A DNA stretch of 64,000 nucleotides from Octopus sinensis (taxonomy: Eukaryota), in assembly GCF_006345805.1 (NCBI RefSeq), contig NC_042998.1, forward strand, positions 207,266,001-207,330,000. Direction: 5' to 3'. The position numbers and the translations under genes are program-made. How positions within the stretch are numbered: the stretch's first letter is position 1; each line of letters opens with the position of its first letter. Below, in pieces: positions 23,957-36,575 of this stretch. Below the pieces are notes generated by a model. That model did no database searches and was not told the DNA's origin. It saw only the letters and a program-made list of their open reading frames with translations.

Positions 23957-24124
23957 TTCTGCGACCGATAATCAATGAACAATTACGAATTATAACCGAT
24001 AAACTCGATCATAGATTGCATCATCAGATGGTATGTCAACATACCATCTGATGGTGCGATCAATGATCGAACTTATTGGTTATAATTTGTAATTATTCAT
24101 TAGTCTTCTTTATCGGTCGCAGAA
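23957..24124. repeat. Imperfect palindrome of about 170 bp
   Basis: TTCTGCGACCGATAA..CATCAGATGGTATG tcaa CATACCATCTGATG..TTATCGGTCGCAGAA. Confidence 0.85.
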
Positions 24125-24689
24125 GCATCATAATGAAATTAAGGAAGTGCCAAGTTGCAATGGGGATCAAATAGATTTCGGCAAATTAATTCAGAACACG
24201 TTCACATATCTTAGGTTAAAAGTTTATTTCGAAAGACTACGTTAATAATCCATACTGCATTTCGTCGAATGAAAGCTGAATATCGCCTGATGAAACGGGG
24301 TGGTTACATAACAATGCAGAATTACGTAATGCTATGTATTGTACTTTGAATTGTTCATAAATAACCATGCTATTGAAAATCATGTGCTAATAGTTTGAGC
24401 TAGCCATTTTTTTTGTTTACTATACACATACATGCACACACACACGTGTGTGTGTGTTGCATGCGTATGTGTGTATGAATGTATCTACACATAAATTATT
24501 GTCGTTAAAGATTTCTTTAGAAGCGGAAGGAACCATTAGATGACATGTTAATTCATTTAATGATACGTGACTCTCATATGACTGGTACTGTTGCATTCCT
24601 GGGAAATTCTTAAATGAGTGAAGATTTTGAGATAATATTCTCTGGAATGCACTTACTAAATCTATCTCCCTAGCCGTCTGTCTATCTGT

Positions 24690-24738
24690 CTGTCGCTGTT
24701 AATCTGTCCGTATATATATATATATAGATATATATATT

Positions 24739-24807
<69 letters not shown>

Positions 24808-24835
24808 CATATACCTACATGCGCGTGTGTGTATG

Positions 24836-24888
<53 letters not shown>

Positions 24889-24945
24889 GTATATGTGTGT
24901 ACATATATGTATATGATATATAATATATATAATATATATATAATA

Positions 24946-25025
<80 letters not shown>

Positions 25026-25035
25026 ATATATAATA
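24690..25035. repeat. (TA)n compound microsatellite
   Basis: Direct reading. Confidence 0.95.
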
Positions 25036-25504
25036 TGGAGGAAGAAGAGAGAGCACAGTGGTTGTTCGAAATTTGAAGGAGAGAAAAGGAAGTGGGAAAA
25101 GATTAGAAGGAACGAACCTGTGGAAAATGCGGGAGTGTTGGTTTTTGTGTGTGTGTGATTTGCGGGAGGAAATACACGAGTCATGCAGGCCTGGTCAGCC
25201 ATCAGGGGACTCAGGAGTCAATCCCTTGTGAATTGTGATACGGTTTCTGTTCTCAACAGAACATGTGCTACCTGTGGAGAGGCGTGCCTCTCAGTTGGAG
25301 GAGTGAAGAGGCATGTCAAAAGAGTTCCTACTGCGGCACCTGTTCCTTCTGCCAGCCAACACAGCTGTGCATTACGCAAGAGAATGAGCAAACCTTTGGC
25401 CAGGCTCACGAGTCATACAAGGGACTCACACTGCATCAACAATGACTCATTTCGGTGATTCTTTCTAGCAAAATGGCTTTGCTTGTATACAAGAAAGCAG
25501 CTAA

Positions 25505-25562
25505 GATATATACATACATACATACATACATACATACATACATACATACATACATACATACA

Positions 25563-25596
<34 letters not shown>

Positions 25597-25761
25597 CATA
25601 CATACATACATACATACACACACACATACATACATACATACATACACACACATACATACACACACATACATACATACATACATACATACATACACACATA
25701 CATATTTACATACATACATACATGCATGCATACATAATACACACATACATACATACATGCA

Positions 25762-25795
<34 letters not shown>

Positions 25796-25930
25796 CATAC
25801 ATACATGCATGCATGCATACGTACATGCATACATACATACATACATATATACATACATACATAAACATACATACATACATATATACATACATACATGCAT
25901 ACATACATACATACATATACATACACACAT
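25505..25930. repeat. (CATA)n microsatellite
   Basis: Direct reading. Confidence 0.95.
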
Positions 25931-26169
25931 GTACTGCAAGGACTTTATCTTCAGCTCTGCCGCTTCTGCCTAAGCGCCCTCTGGTGGCGAATTGGTAAGA
26001 ATACTGTATTTTTACAGTATTCTATTTCCATCGAATGGAAAGATCGTCCAAGATGTTTATGAATGGGGAGCGGGGGAGCGGAGAGGTGGTGGATGGACGC
26101 CAAACAGCCCTGGCCATTCAATGTGGACCTAACAAGTTTGAACTTGCTTTCGCTTCATTCCTTCTGGCT

Positions 26170-26262
26170 TAATTCCCATTCGTATTAGTGCTGCTCATTA
26201 TCATCATCATCATCATCATCACCATCATCATCTCCAGCATGATGATGATGATGATGATGATG

Positions 26263-26302
<40 letters not shown>

Positions 26303-26552
26303 TGTGTGTGTGTGTGTGTGTGTATATGTTTGTGGGTCTGTCTTTGTCCCTGCTCCCTGCATCTCTTGACAACCGATGCTGGTGTGTCTACGTCCCCGTA
26401 ACTTAGCAGTTCGGCAAAAACAGCAGCTGAATGGTGCCGATTTGATCGACTAAAGGCGATGCTCCAGCATGGCCGCAGTGAAATGAATGACGAAACAAGT
26501 AAAAGAATCAAAGAATAAAAGAACATATAATATATATATATATATATTATAT

Positions 26553-26589
<37 letters not shown>

Positions 26590-27085
26590 TTATCAAATTT
26601 ACAAACACATTCACGTAGTATTCATGACATCTAAACATCCAACGTGATAAAATAATACAATATAATATAATATAATATAATATAATATAATATAATATAA
26701 TATAATATTGCATTAAGACATGATTATAATAAAATTCAAAGAAAACTATAAAAGAAACGAAACGAACAAACAAACCAAAAAATTGCATTTTATTCGAAGT
26801 TATTTATTGACAGAAACAGAACGACGTTGAAAGATATTCGTACGAAAAGAAAAAAACCACCAGCGCAAACTATGTTTAAAATCGCATTATGGCTAATGAC
26901 ATTTTCATTTTGTTGTTGTAGTTGTTGTTGTTGTTGCTGCTGTTGTTGTTGCTGTTGTTGTTGTTGTTGTTGTTGTTGTTGATGCTGTTGTTGTTGTTTT
27001 ACCATTGCTAATAATTGAGTCTATTAGTATTGTTTCCTGTGTTCGGCTCCTGTTTATCGAATCGCTTCACAACTGCCAGCATGTT

Positions 27086-27147
<62 letters not shown>

Positions 27148-27419
27148 TTCCTTCCTTCCTTCCTTCCTTCCTTCCTTCCTTTCTTCCTTCCACTTTCTTT
27201 CTTTCTTTCTATTTATTTTAAATGAAAAAAAAGTTTTAAGAAGAATATTATTTTGAAATATCGGCTGTTTGTATTGTCACAAGCACAGATATCTGAATTT
27301 TAAAAACTTTCTTAACGAAAATATCGTCTTCTGTTTCGTCCACCCCACCCCACCTGAGATCTGTCACCGAATGTATGAAATTGCATTTTAAACAAAGCGT
27401 GTGCATATGTGAGAGTGTG

Positions 27420-27473
<54 letters not shown>

Positions 27474-27750
27474 CGTGATATATATATATATGTATGTAAA
27501 TAATAATATATATATATATATATCTATATATATATATATATTATATATATATATATATACAACAACAAAACAATATATATATATATATATTTACATACAT
27601 ACATATATATATGGATAAATAGACATACATATTATATACACATGTATATATACATACATGCATACATACATGTAAATATATGCATACATATATATACATT
27701 ATTACGTATGTATGTATACATACACATACACCCACACACACACCCACACA
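26170..27750. repeat. Cluster of simple repeats (CAT/GAT, TA, ATATA, TTG, TTTC/TTCC) with a SINE A tail at 26320-26520
   Basis: Direct reading. Confidence 0.9.
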
Positions 27751-29071
27751 GAGTGGTGTAAATAAAATGAATGATATAAAGGGAGATCAGGGGAGGAACA
27801 AGATTGAACTAATAAGGGTTTAGCTTAACGCTTTCGAGGAAAGAGAAAGTGTTTCAACGTTTCGGAGGTTCGTCATTCATCAAAAGAAAGAGAGAGGCAT
27901 AAAGGGAATGAAACAGAAATAGTCTGTGAGACAAAGGACCTTACAATTCGATTTCCAATCTTGTCGAATTCAACTTAACCCTTCACCTTCAGGGGTTGAT
28001 AGTTAAATGTAAAGGACAATTTACTAAACTCTTTCCTTTCCACCAATTTTTAACTTTGTGCCTTAAGTCAGGCTTTAGGATAGCGGAGTGGCAAAATCGT
28101 TAGAGCAACGAACAAAATACCGTTTGGTATTTAGATGAGGATCTTTATGATCTGAGTTCAAATTCAGCCGAGGTTGACTGTACCTTTCATACTTTCGAGG
28201 TCGATAAAATAAAGTAACAGTCAAGCAATGAGGTCGATAAATTCGATGAACCTTCTCTCCCACGCAACTACTGGTATCATGCCTTAAATTAGAAACAGTT
28301 ATTTTTGTGGGATATCGCAGAATCAGTAGTGAGTCGAAGTTCCACTGAAATTGTATTTCAGTAGACTCTACCGTTCCAGATGTTGTCAAATATGACATTT
28401 GGTTTCATTCTTCCAGAGTCGACAAAATAAAATGCCATCAAAGTTCGAGGGACATCAGTTCAAGAGTGATCGATTAACCAAATGTTCAGAGAATCTGATA
28501 AAATGTTTTGCTGTATTTCCTAGCGACCCTTTATGTTTTGTGTTCAAATTCCACCGAAATGAACTTTGTTTCATTATTCCACATGTAAATGGAAAGGGAA
28601 GGGCTCGGCCACAGCGAATTTGTGAAATGTGGATGACTGTATCAAAAATGGTTAAGGCCTTACTCTAAGCGTTCGCCTATAGATGAGAGATTAAGAGGTG
28701 GATGAGGCCTTCTGCTCTTGGTAATAAAGGAGATCCTTGTCTTGTGGGGTTCCTCGACTCATCCCTGTTGGCGGTTGTCCCTGTATCATTAGGACTAAAT
28801 CATCCATGGGTTCAAATATTTAGGTTTTATCTCATCTCTTCCTTCCATCTCTCATTCTTTCCCTCAATATTTTTTTACGTAAATCCTCTGCAGATTGTAA
28901 ACGGCCTTTCGAGTGACTCTGTATCTGACGACCCTGTGACGAAGACGTCATTGTATCTTCTTCTTCTTCTTCTTCTTCTTCTTCTTCTCTCTTCTCTTCT
29001 TTTTTTCTTTTCATTCTTCTTCTTCTTTTCTTCTTCTTCTTCGTCTTCTTCTCTCTTCTTCTTCTTCTTCA

Positions 29072-29356
29072 ATATTGTTAGGTGTATGATTCTTGGTATT
29101 TGTCAGCTTCCTTAAATACTGAGAACAACTTTTTTGTTTGCTCGTGTTTTGTGGTTATTTGTATTAGTTCTTCCCGGTTCTGAAGTAGGTATTTTTGCAG
29201 TCCTATGGTGGTTATTTTATAGTAGTTTTCCAGCTTTATAAGGCCTCTGCCACCTTCTATACGTTATATATATAACCTTTCGGTGTCAGATTTTGGGCGG
29301 TCCATCCTAGATCCTGTGATTATTTTTCTTGTTTTCCTGTCTATTTTGGTTAGTTC

Positions 29357-29358
<2 letters not shown>
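29072..29358 (-). mobile_element. R4/Dong-like LINE fragment (RT C-terminal region)
   Basis: Minus frame NELTKIDRKTRKIITGSRMDRPKSDTERLYI*RIEGGRGL. Confidence 0.7.
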
Positions 29359-29440
<82 letters not shown>

Positions 29441-30090
29441 TTAGTTTGGCTCAGGTTCGGTCTTATTCCTTGTAGGATTTATGTGGGCAGCGGGTTACTA
29501 CCTGTATCCTTAAGTATCAACCAGCTTTCAGCAGTTTTTCACGTGCTTAGGACCCTCTTCATAATCCTTGCTATCCCTAAGAGACAAAGTTCGTAGAATC
29601 TCTACCGGGCATTCTATTCCAGTCTCCTTCAGCCATTTGTCTTTATCTTTGCTTCCTGTCTCCAACGCACCAATTATTATAGGCACGACCTTTACTATTC
29701 GCATGCTCGAAATTCTCCCTATTTCAAATCTTAAGAGATTGTATTTTTTCTTCCTCTTTCTTTAACACCCTGGAATCAAACGGGTATGATGGGTCAATTA
29801 GTAAGCAACTTCGCTTTTCCTTTTCTATAATCGCTATATCTGGGTTATTATCTTCTAACTTCTTGTCCCACAAAATCTTACATTTCTCCGACCCCAGCAC
29901 TCTTTCGACCCGATGATTGTACCGTGTGTTTCTAGCTTCAAATCCCCATTTCTGACACAGTTTCATGTGTAAAACATTTACAACTTGGCCGTGCCTCCAT
30001 TTCTCATATTCCTCCAGTGCCGATTTGGAGCTTTCTTCCACAATGTGTGCCACTGACTCGTTCCAAGTTCCACAGGCTCTACATTTTTCT
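29441..30090 (-). mobile_element. R4/Dong-like LINE 3' end: CCHC knuckle remnant, PD-(D/E)xK endonuclease, 3' UTR, ending in (AAT)n
   Basis: KCRACGTWNESVAHIV..RHGQV..ILWD..NNPDIAIIEKEKRSCLLIDPSYPFD..VVPIIIGAL; (TTA)n at 29360-29440; 3' 104 bp duplicated at 30151-30254. Confidence 0.8.
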
Positions 30091-30096
30091 GACACA

Positions 30097-30153
<57 letters not shown>

Positions 30154-30308
30154 GTTTGGCTCAGGTTCGGTCTTATTTCCTTGTAGGATTTATGTGGGCA
30201 GCGGGTTACTACCTGTATCCTAAGTATCAACCAGCTTTCAGCAGTTTTTCACGTATTTAATCATATCAAAGGGAAAATTCCATTTCCCTTTGATATGATT
30301 AAATACTG

Positions 30309-30375
<67 letters not shown>

Positions 30376-30444
30376 ATATACATATATATATATTATATAT
30401 AATACATATATATAATATATATAATATTATATATATATATATAT

Positions 30445-30493
<49 letters not shown>

Positions 30494-30517
30494 TTATAAT
30501 ATATACATATGTTATAG

Positions 30518-30656
<139 letters not shown>

Positions 30657-30657
30657 A

Positions 30658-31038
30658 ATATAAGCGGGACCAGCCATCTGAATGTGGCTAGGGACAGGCG
30701 GGGGTGGTGGGGGTGTTACTGATGCATTAGCCCAGGCGACTATAGACGTCACCAGGAGAGCCGACACCATCATGGTGTCCTTGCTAGCCTGTAAAGGAGA
30801 TCAGCCTCCCGAAGATACGGATGCTACACACGGACCGGTTTCGAGGTGGTCGCCTCTCGTCAGCGCATGGCAAGCACCGTTCTTCGTTGAGGGACTTCCT
30901 CTACAGGCTAGAAATATATGATTTTCACGTAAACACAGTCACTGGCGTCGAAAATCTGTTCGATAACAATAATAAATCTCTAAGCGAGGTATAACAGTAA
31001 CTGCTCTGTAATATAAGCGGAACCAGCCATCTGAATGT
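30658..31038 (-). mobile_element. 353-bp-period unit with a 28-bp terminal direct repeat and an internal hammerhead (retrozyme-like or Penelope pseudo-LTR)
   Basis: ATATAAGCGGRACCAGCCATCTGAATGT at 30658-30685 and 31011-31038; embedded in (TA)n. Confidence 0.7.
30827..30869 (-). ncRNA. Type I hammerhead ribozyme, intact minimal core
   Basis: Minus strand CAUGCG-CUGACGA-GAGG cgacca CCUC-GAAA-CCGG-UC-CGUGUG; 6-bp stem I with two G-U pairs, 4-bp stem II, palindromic stem III, GUC site. Confidence 0.85.
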
Positions 31039-31039
31039 T

Positions 31040-31104
<65 letters not shown>

Positions 31105-31114
31105 TATATATTAT

Positions 31115-31224
31115 ACTGTAGGCTCTGTTTCGTTTTTGTAATCCTAACCAAACCCAGTATTTTGTTCCACATGTGTTTTCAGTGACTCTCCAAAATTGGC
31201 CATGCAGAGGTTTCTCTTCGATTG

Positions 31225-31228
<4 letters not shown>
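31115..31228 (-). mobile_element. R4/Dong-like fragment
   Basis: EEKPLHGQFWR..KYWVWL motif, which precedes the CCHC knuckle in this clade. Confidence 0.55.
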
Positions 31229-31280
<52 letters not shown>

Positions 31281-31396
31281 TTTACTACTACTACTGCTGC
31301 TACAACTACTACTACTACTACTACTACTACTACCACTACTTTTACTACTACTACTACTATACCACCACAACTACTACTACTACTACTACCACCACA

Positions 31397-31456
<60 letters not shown>

Positions 31457-31520
31457 ACTACTACTACTACTACCACTACCACTACTGCTGCTGCTACTAT
31501 TATTATTATTATTATTATTT
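31229..31520. repeat. (TTA)n/(CTA)n/(CTG)n compound microsatellite
   Basis: Direct reading. Confidence 0.95.
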
Positions 31521-31633
31521 AAAGGAATTGTTATTATGAATGTAATTTTATGTTTTAATTTTATCCTATTCAGCCTTTGATAATGAACAAAACGGGAGCC
31601 TCTGTGTGTGTGTGTGTGTGTGTGTTTGTGTGT

Positions 31634-31666
<33 letters not shown>

Positions 31667-31999
31667 GATTATACTGGAATTACTTAAAGACTTGGGAATA
31701 AATCATATTTTTAATATGTCTGATATCTTTAACCCTCCCTCCCCCCTCTCCCATTAGCCTGGCTCTCCCCTCCCCCCTCTCCTCACCACCACCATCACCA
31801 CAGTCTTTAAGTCTTGAGCAAGTATTGGAGAACTAATGTAATCAACCGTAATGTGTTTTATGCCTTCAAGTTTCAAATTAATAAAATGACAGATCTGGAT
31901 ATTGGCCATGACGTGTTTTGAGCATGCGCGCATGTGTGCTGCGTGTGCGCGTGCGTTTTTGTCTTCGGGTGTATGCGTGTAGAAAAGGTTGGACAAACG

Positions 32000-32370
32000 A
32001 TGTGTGTGCGTGTGTTGTGTGTGTGTGTCTATATGTGTGTCAATGCGTGTCTCCATGTGTGTGTGTACGTATGTGTGCATTGTGTGTGGTGTGATGTGTA
32101 TGTGTGTGTGTGTGTCTATATGTGTGTCAATGCGTGCCTCCATGTGTGTGTGTGTACGTATGTGTGCATTGTGTGTGGTGTGATGTGTATGTGTGTGTGT
32201 GTGTCTATATGTGTGTCAATGCGTGCCTCCATGTGTGTGTGTGTACGTATGTGTGCATTGTGTGTGGTGTGATGTGTATGTGTGTGTGTGTCTATATGTG
32301 TGCCAATGCGTGCCTCCATGTGTGTGTGCGTATGTGTGCATTGGGTGTGGTATGTGACTGTGTGTGTGTG
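32000..32370. repeat. About 88-bp TG-rich minisatellite, about 4 units
   Basis: CTATATGTGTG..CAATGCGTG..CCATG recurs at 32029, 32116, 32205 and 32292. Confidence 0.85.
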
Positions 32371-32624
32371 CGCGCGCGCGCGCGCGTGTGTGTGTGTGTT
32401 GGGTTTAGTCTTGGCAACGTGTTATCTTTCGTTTTCGACACTTCACCACTTCGCCTTCTTTCTTTCCTTCTTTCTTTCTTTCTTTCTTTCTTTCTTTCAT
32501 TCTTTCTTCCTATCTTTCTTTCTTTCTTTCTTTCTTTCTCGTCCATGTACAAGTTTGTACGCGCACGTAACGTGATCATGTATGTGTGTATATCCACGTG
32601 TATATATATATATATATATATATA

Positions 32625-32660
<36 letters not shown>

Positions 32661-32727
32661 GCATATCTACATGTATATGCATATGTGTGTAGTACGGCGT
32701 GTGTGAGAGGGCCTTACCGTTCCTTGT

Positions 32728-32759
<32 letters not shown>

Positions 32760-33084
32760 GCATTATCATTCCTTGGTTCCAGCAACGTGGTGTGAAATTT
32801 CATTTAATTACCTTCGGGGAAAAAGAATTCATTAGAAATAAAGAAATATGACTTTGGCGGATCATTTCCTCCTCCTCCTTCTCCTCTTCCTCCTCCTGAT
32901 TCCATACTTCCCCCTTTTCCTGCTCTTCCCTATCCTCCTTCTCCGCCTCCCTTTCCCCCCCTCCTCAGCTGACTCGCAAGAAAAACAAAACCTATATTAG
33001 TAACACAACACATCTCTACCAATGTCACCTTTTCGACTTTACATATTGATTGATTTTTTCCATTTGGTTTTATAATTATTCATT

Positions 33085-33660
33085 TCGACTCTAGGCACAA
33101 GGCCCGAAATTTTGGAGGAGGGAGCGCCAGTCGATTAGATCGACCCAAGAACGCATCTGGTACTTAATTTATCGACCCCGAAAGGATGAAATGCAATGTC
33201 GACTTCGGCGGAATTTGAACTCAGAATGTAGAGACAGACGAAATACCTTTTTCTTTACTACCCTCAAGGGGCTAAACGCACAGAGAGGACAAACAAGGAC
33301 AGACAAATGGATTAAGTCGATTACATCGACCCCAGTGAGTAACTGGTACTTATTTAATCGACCCCAAAAGGATGAAAGGCAATGTCGACCTCGGCGGAAT
33401 TTGAACTCAAAATGTAGAGACAGACGAAATACCTATTTCTTTACTACCCATGAGGGGCTAAACATAAAGAGGACAAACAAGGACAGACAAACGGATTAAG
33501 TCGATTACATCGACCCTAGTGCGTAACTGGTACTTAATTTATCGACCCGAAAGGATGAAAGGCAAAGTTGACGTCGGAGGAATTTGAACTCAGAACGTAG
33601 GGGCAGACGAAATACCGCTAAGCATTTCGCCCGGCGTGCTAACGTTTCTGCCAGCTCGTC
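33085..33660 (-). mobile_element. SINE family C tandem array (about 3 bodies)
   Basis: Repeated CGACCCCGAAAGGATGAAA..GTCGAC..CGGAATTTGAACTCA units ending in the family C head. Confidence 0.85.
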
Positions 33661-33692
33661 ATCTTAGTAATACAATTATTAAAATTACTATG

Positions 33693-33960
33693 CGAAGGGC
33701 GCGTGGCATAATGGTTACGGTGGTGTACTCGCTATCAATAGATTGAGAGTTCGTTTCCCGGACCGAGTGGCGCGTTGTGTTCTTGAGCAAAACACTTTAT
33801 TTCATGTTGTTACAGTCTAGACGGATGTAACCGGCGACGGGGTGGCATGTCGACCTGTTCGCTGAGCCATCGGGGTGGTTTCAGTCGAAAGCTAAAACGA
33901 GGTAAAGCGCTATGTGACCAACGAGGAATAAAAACATATGATAGACTCGTCGAGCATCGA
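33693..33960 (+). mobile_element. tRNA-derived SINE, family G
   Basis: GGCGCGTGGCATAATGGTTA A-box, GAGTTCGTTTCCC B-box, then GTTGTGTTCTTGAGCAAAACACTT. Confidence 0.6.
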
Positions 33961-34181
33961 TCACAGTTTTCTCTACCTCTTTTACTTGTTTCAGTCATAT
34001 GACTGCGGCCATGCTGGAGCACCGCCTTTAGTCGAAGAAATCGACCCTAGGACTTATTCTTTGTTAGACTAGTACTTATTCTATTGGGTTTCTTTTGCCG
34101 AATTGCTAAGTTACGGGGACGTAAACACACCAGCAACGGTTGTCAAGCGATTTGAGGGGGGGGGGGCAAAGACACACACAC

Positions 34182-34226
<45 letters not shown>

Positions 34227-34239
34227 CGGGAAGCTTTAT

Positions 34240-34430
34240 GAAAATAAACAAAAGACGAAGGCAGGTGGAATACAACAAACAATTGTATTAGTATGGCGCT
34301 GAGGAATATAAATAAAACAAGTCTTTTACGTTTCGAGCTACGCTCTTCGACAGAAATATACACAGAAAAGAAACACGGAGAGAAACAAGGAGAGAAAAAA
34401 AATGCGTGCAGAAGCTAGCGATTCAACATG
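34240..34430 (-). mobile_element. Penelope-like terminal fragment with a mutated hammerhead
   Basis: Minus strand CTGTCGA-A-GAGC gta GCTC-GAAACGTA at about 34324-34356. Confidence 0.55.
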
Positions 34431-34431
34431 G

Positions 34432-34468
<37 letters not shown>

Positions 34469-34531
34469 TATATGTATACGACATGTATGTATGTTTGTAT
34501 ATATGTATGTTTGTATGTATGTATGTATATT

Positions 34532-34563
<32 letters not shown>

Positions 34564-34727
34564 TGTATGTATATATGTATGTATAGGCGCAGACGTAGCT
34601 GTGTGGAAGAAGCCTGCTTACCAACTACATGGTTCCGGGTTCAGTCCCACTGCGTGGCACCTTCGGCAAGTGTCTTCTACTATAGCCCCGGGCCGATCAG
34701 GTTAACGGAAACTGAAAGAAGCCCGTC

Positions 34728-34764
<37 letters not shown>

Positions 34765-34767
<3 letters not shown>

Positions 34768-36010
34768 TAAGTTATATTAATGTAGGTTCATGCCATCCCC
34801 CTATAGTATTCAAAAATTTAGTTAAAAATATTAGTAAGAGGATTTCTAGCCTCTCATCTAATGAGGACATCTTCAATAGCGTTGCCCCAGTTTATAATAA
34901 AGCTTTAAAAGATAGTGGTTTTAGCGAAAAAATAAAATATACACCTATCACCAGCCCAACAATAAGGAAAAGGAATAATAGAAATAGGGAGGTCATCTGG
35001 TTTACGCCCCCTTACTCACCCGAGGTGGCCTTCAATATAGGTAAATATTCCTAGCACTGATAGATAGACATTTTCCAGTTAACCATGCTTATAGGAACTC
35101 TTCAATAGACACAATTTAAAAATTAGTTTTAGTTCAACTACCATTTAAAAACATAATCAATCATAACATACAAAAAACAAGAAGAAAACAGCTGTTCATG
35201 CAGGAATAAAGAATTGTGCCCGCCTAAATGGAGCTTGCATGTCCAAGACCATCATATATGAAGCTACCGTAAACTCTATAACCACTAAAGACACCGTTTT
35301 CGACGAAGAAATACGTGGGCTGACAGAGGGTATTTCAAGGCCAGGTTCAATAACCACACTTTGAGCTTTAGGCACTGGAACAAAAGAAAAGCGACACAAT
35401 TATCCAATCATATTTGGTCTTTAAGAGATAAAGGTGGTCGATTATAACATACAATGGAAAAATTTTGGCCAGATGTAAGCCCTACACTAACGGCAGCGGA
35501 AGGTGCAGTTTATGCGACATGGAGAATGGCTTATCTGGAAAAGCAGCTTAGACCCTACCACATGTCTAAATACAAGGACAGAGCTTTTCGGATCATGCCC
35601 ACATGTGACTAAATTTCTGTTACGTTTTTGGTCCCCTAAAGAAAACGGATAGAACATGCTTTCTGTGTTATGTCCCAAGAAGATTTTATATATTTTTATA
35701 TATTTTTATATATTTTTATGTATTTTTATATAATTTTTATGACGAAAAATGCGAGCGATGTATAAGTACGCAGGCAAAGCAGAGTTATAACAGAGTAATT
35801 TCCCTTAATTTTTAACGGTATTTTTCATAACGTTTTCAAATAGCCAGATAACCGAGAGATGGTGTTGTGGATTCCACTTCGGCATCTGAAACTCAGAGTT
35901 TTTATCTTGACTACCGAGTAATGTAACATATTGTATAGATAAATTTCCTCTATTTACATAATATTGAGGTCTCTTTCTTTCTTTTGTTATCTTACCGTTT
36001 TATCAATATA
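34765..36010 (+). mobile_element. Penelope-like element 3' half (possibly Naiad/Chlamys-type): RT C-terminus, CxC-CPLxGxC linker, GIY-YIG; frameshifted
   Basis: YINVGSCHPPIVFKNL..KALKDSGF..VIWFTPPYS; SCSCRNKELCP(L)NGACMSKTIIYEATV..YVGLTEG..NNHTLSF..LSNHIWSL..CSLC..LNTRTELFGSCPH. Confidence 0.8.
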
Positions 36011-36533
36011 ATATTATATATATATAATATAATATATATATACATGTATACGTGTGCGCGTATAGATTTGTGTGTTTGTGTCTGTGTTTTTCCCCTCGCT
36101 TAGCAACCGATTGTCTTCCCGTCCTGACAGCATTCTGCAAGCTACGTTGCCAAGTCAGCTTATTAGAAGCATAGTAATGCTATACCAAAATCTCATTAAT
36201 CTACGACAATCATAACTTCCTCTCCTGAAAAAGTCTCAAATGTTCTGGAATGCACTTCGTACAACACTGAAATAGACGGAATTAAATTGAACAAATTACC
36301 GAAATGGAATATTTTACTTATTTATAACTTGACGATAAGCAATATTGTTTTGTGTGGAAGTCCTCCCTTAGCTCCCCCCCACCGCCACTCGTTCGAATGA
36401 TAATGGGGGGGGGGGGGAAATTATCTCCCCCATCACATCCCTTACAACCAATCGCTTTCTCTGTGTGCGTGTGAGTGCACCATTAGCATGTGTGTGTGTG
36501 TGTGATGTATGCACGTGCGAGTAGCATTCATGT

Positions 36534-36575
<42 letters not shown>

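Noticed and set aside
24289-24310. CTGATGA as a hammerhead core
   Set aside because: There is no stem II followed by GAAA downstream.
24682-26372. YI, CMYV, HTYI and poly-M/I ORFs (same for 30393-31580, 39506-40102, 50047-51424, 55247-57395 and 60516-61568)
   Set aside because: They are simple-repeat translations with no coding signal.
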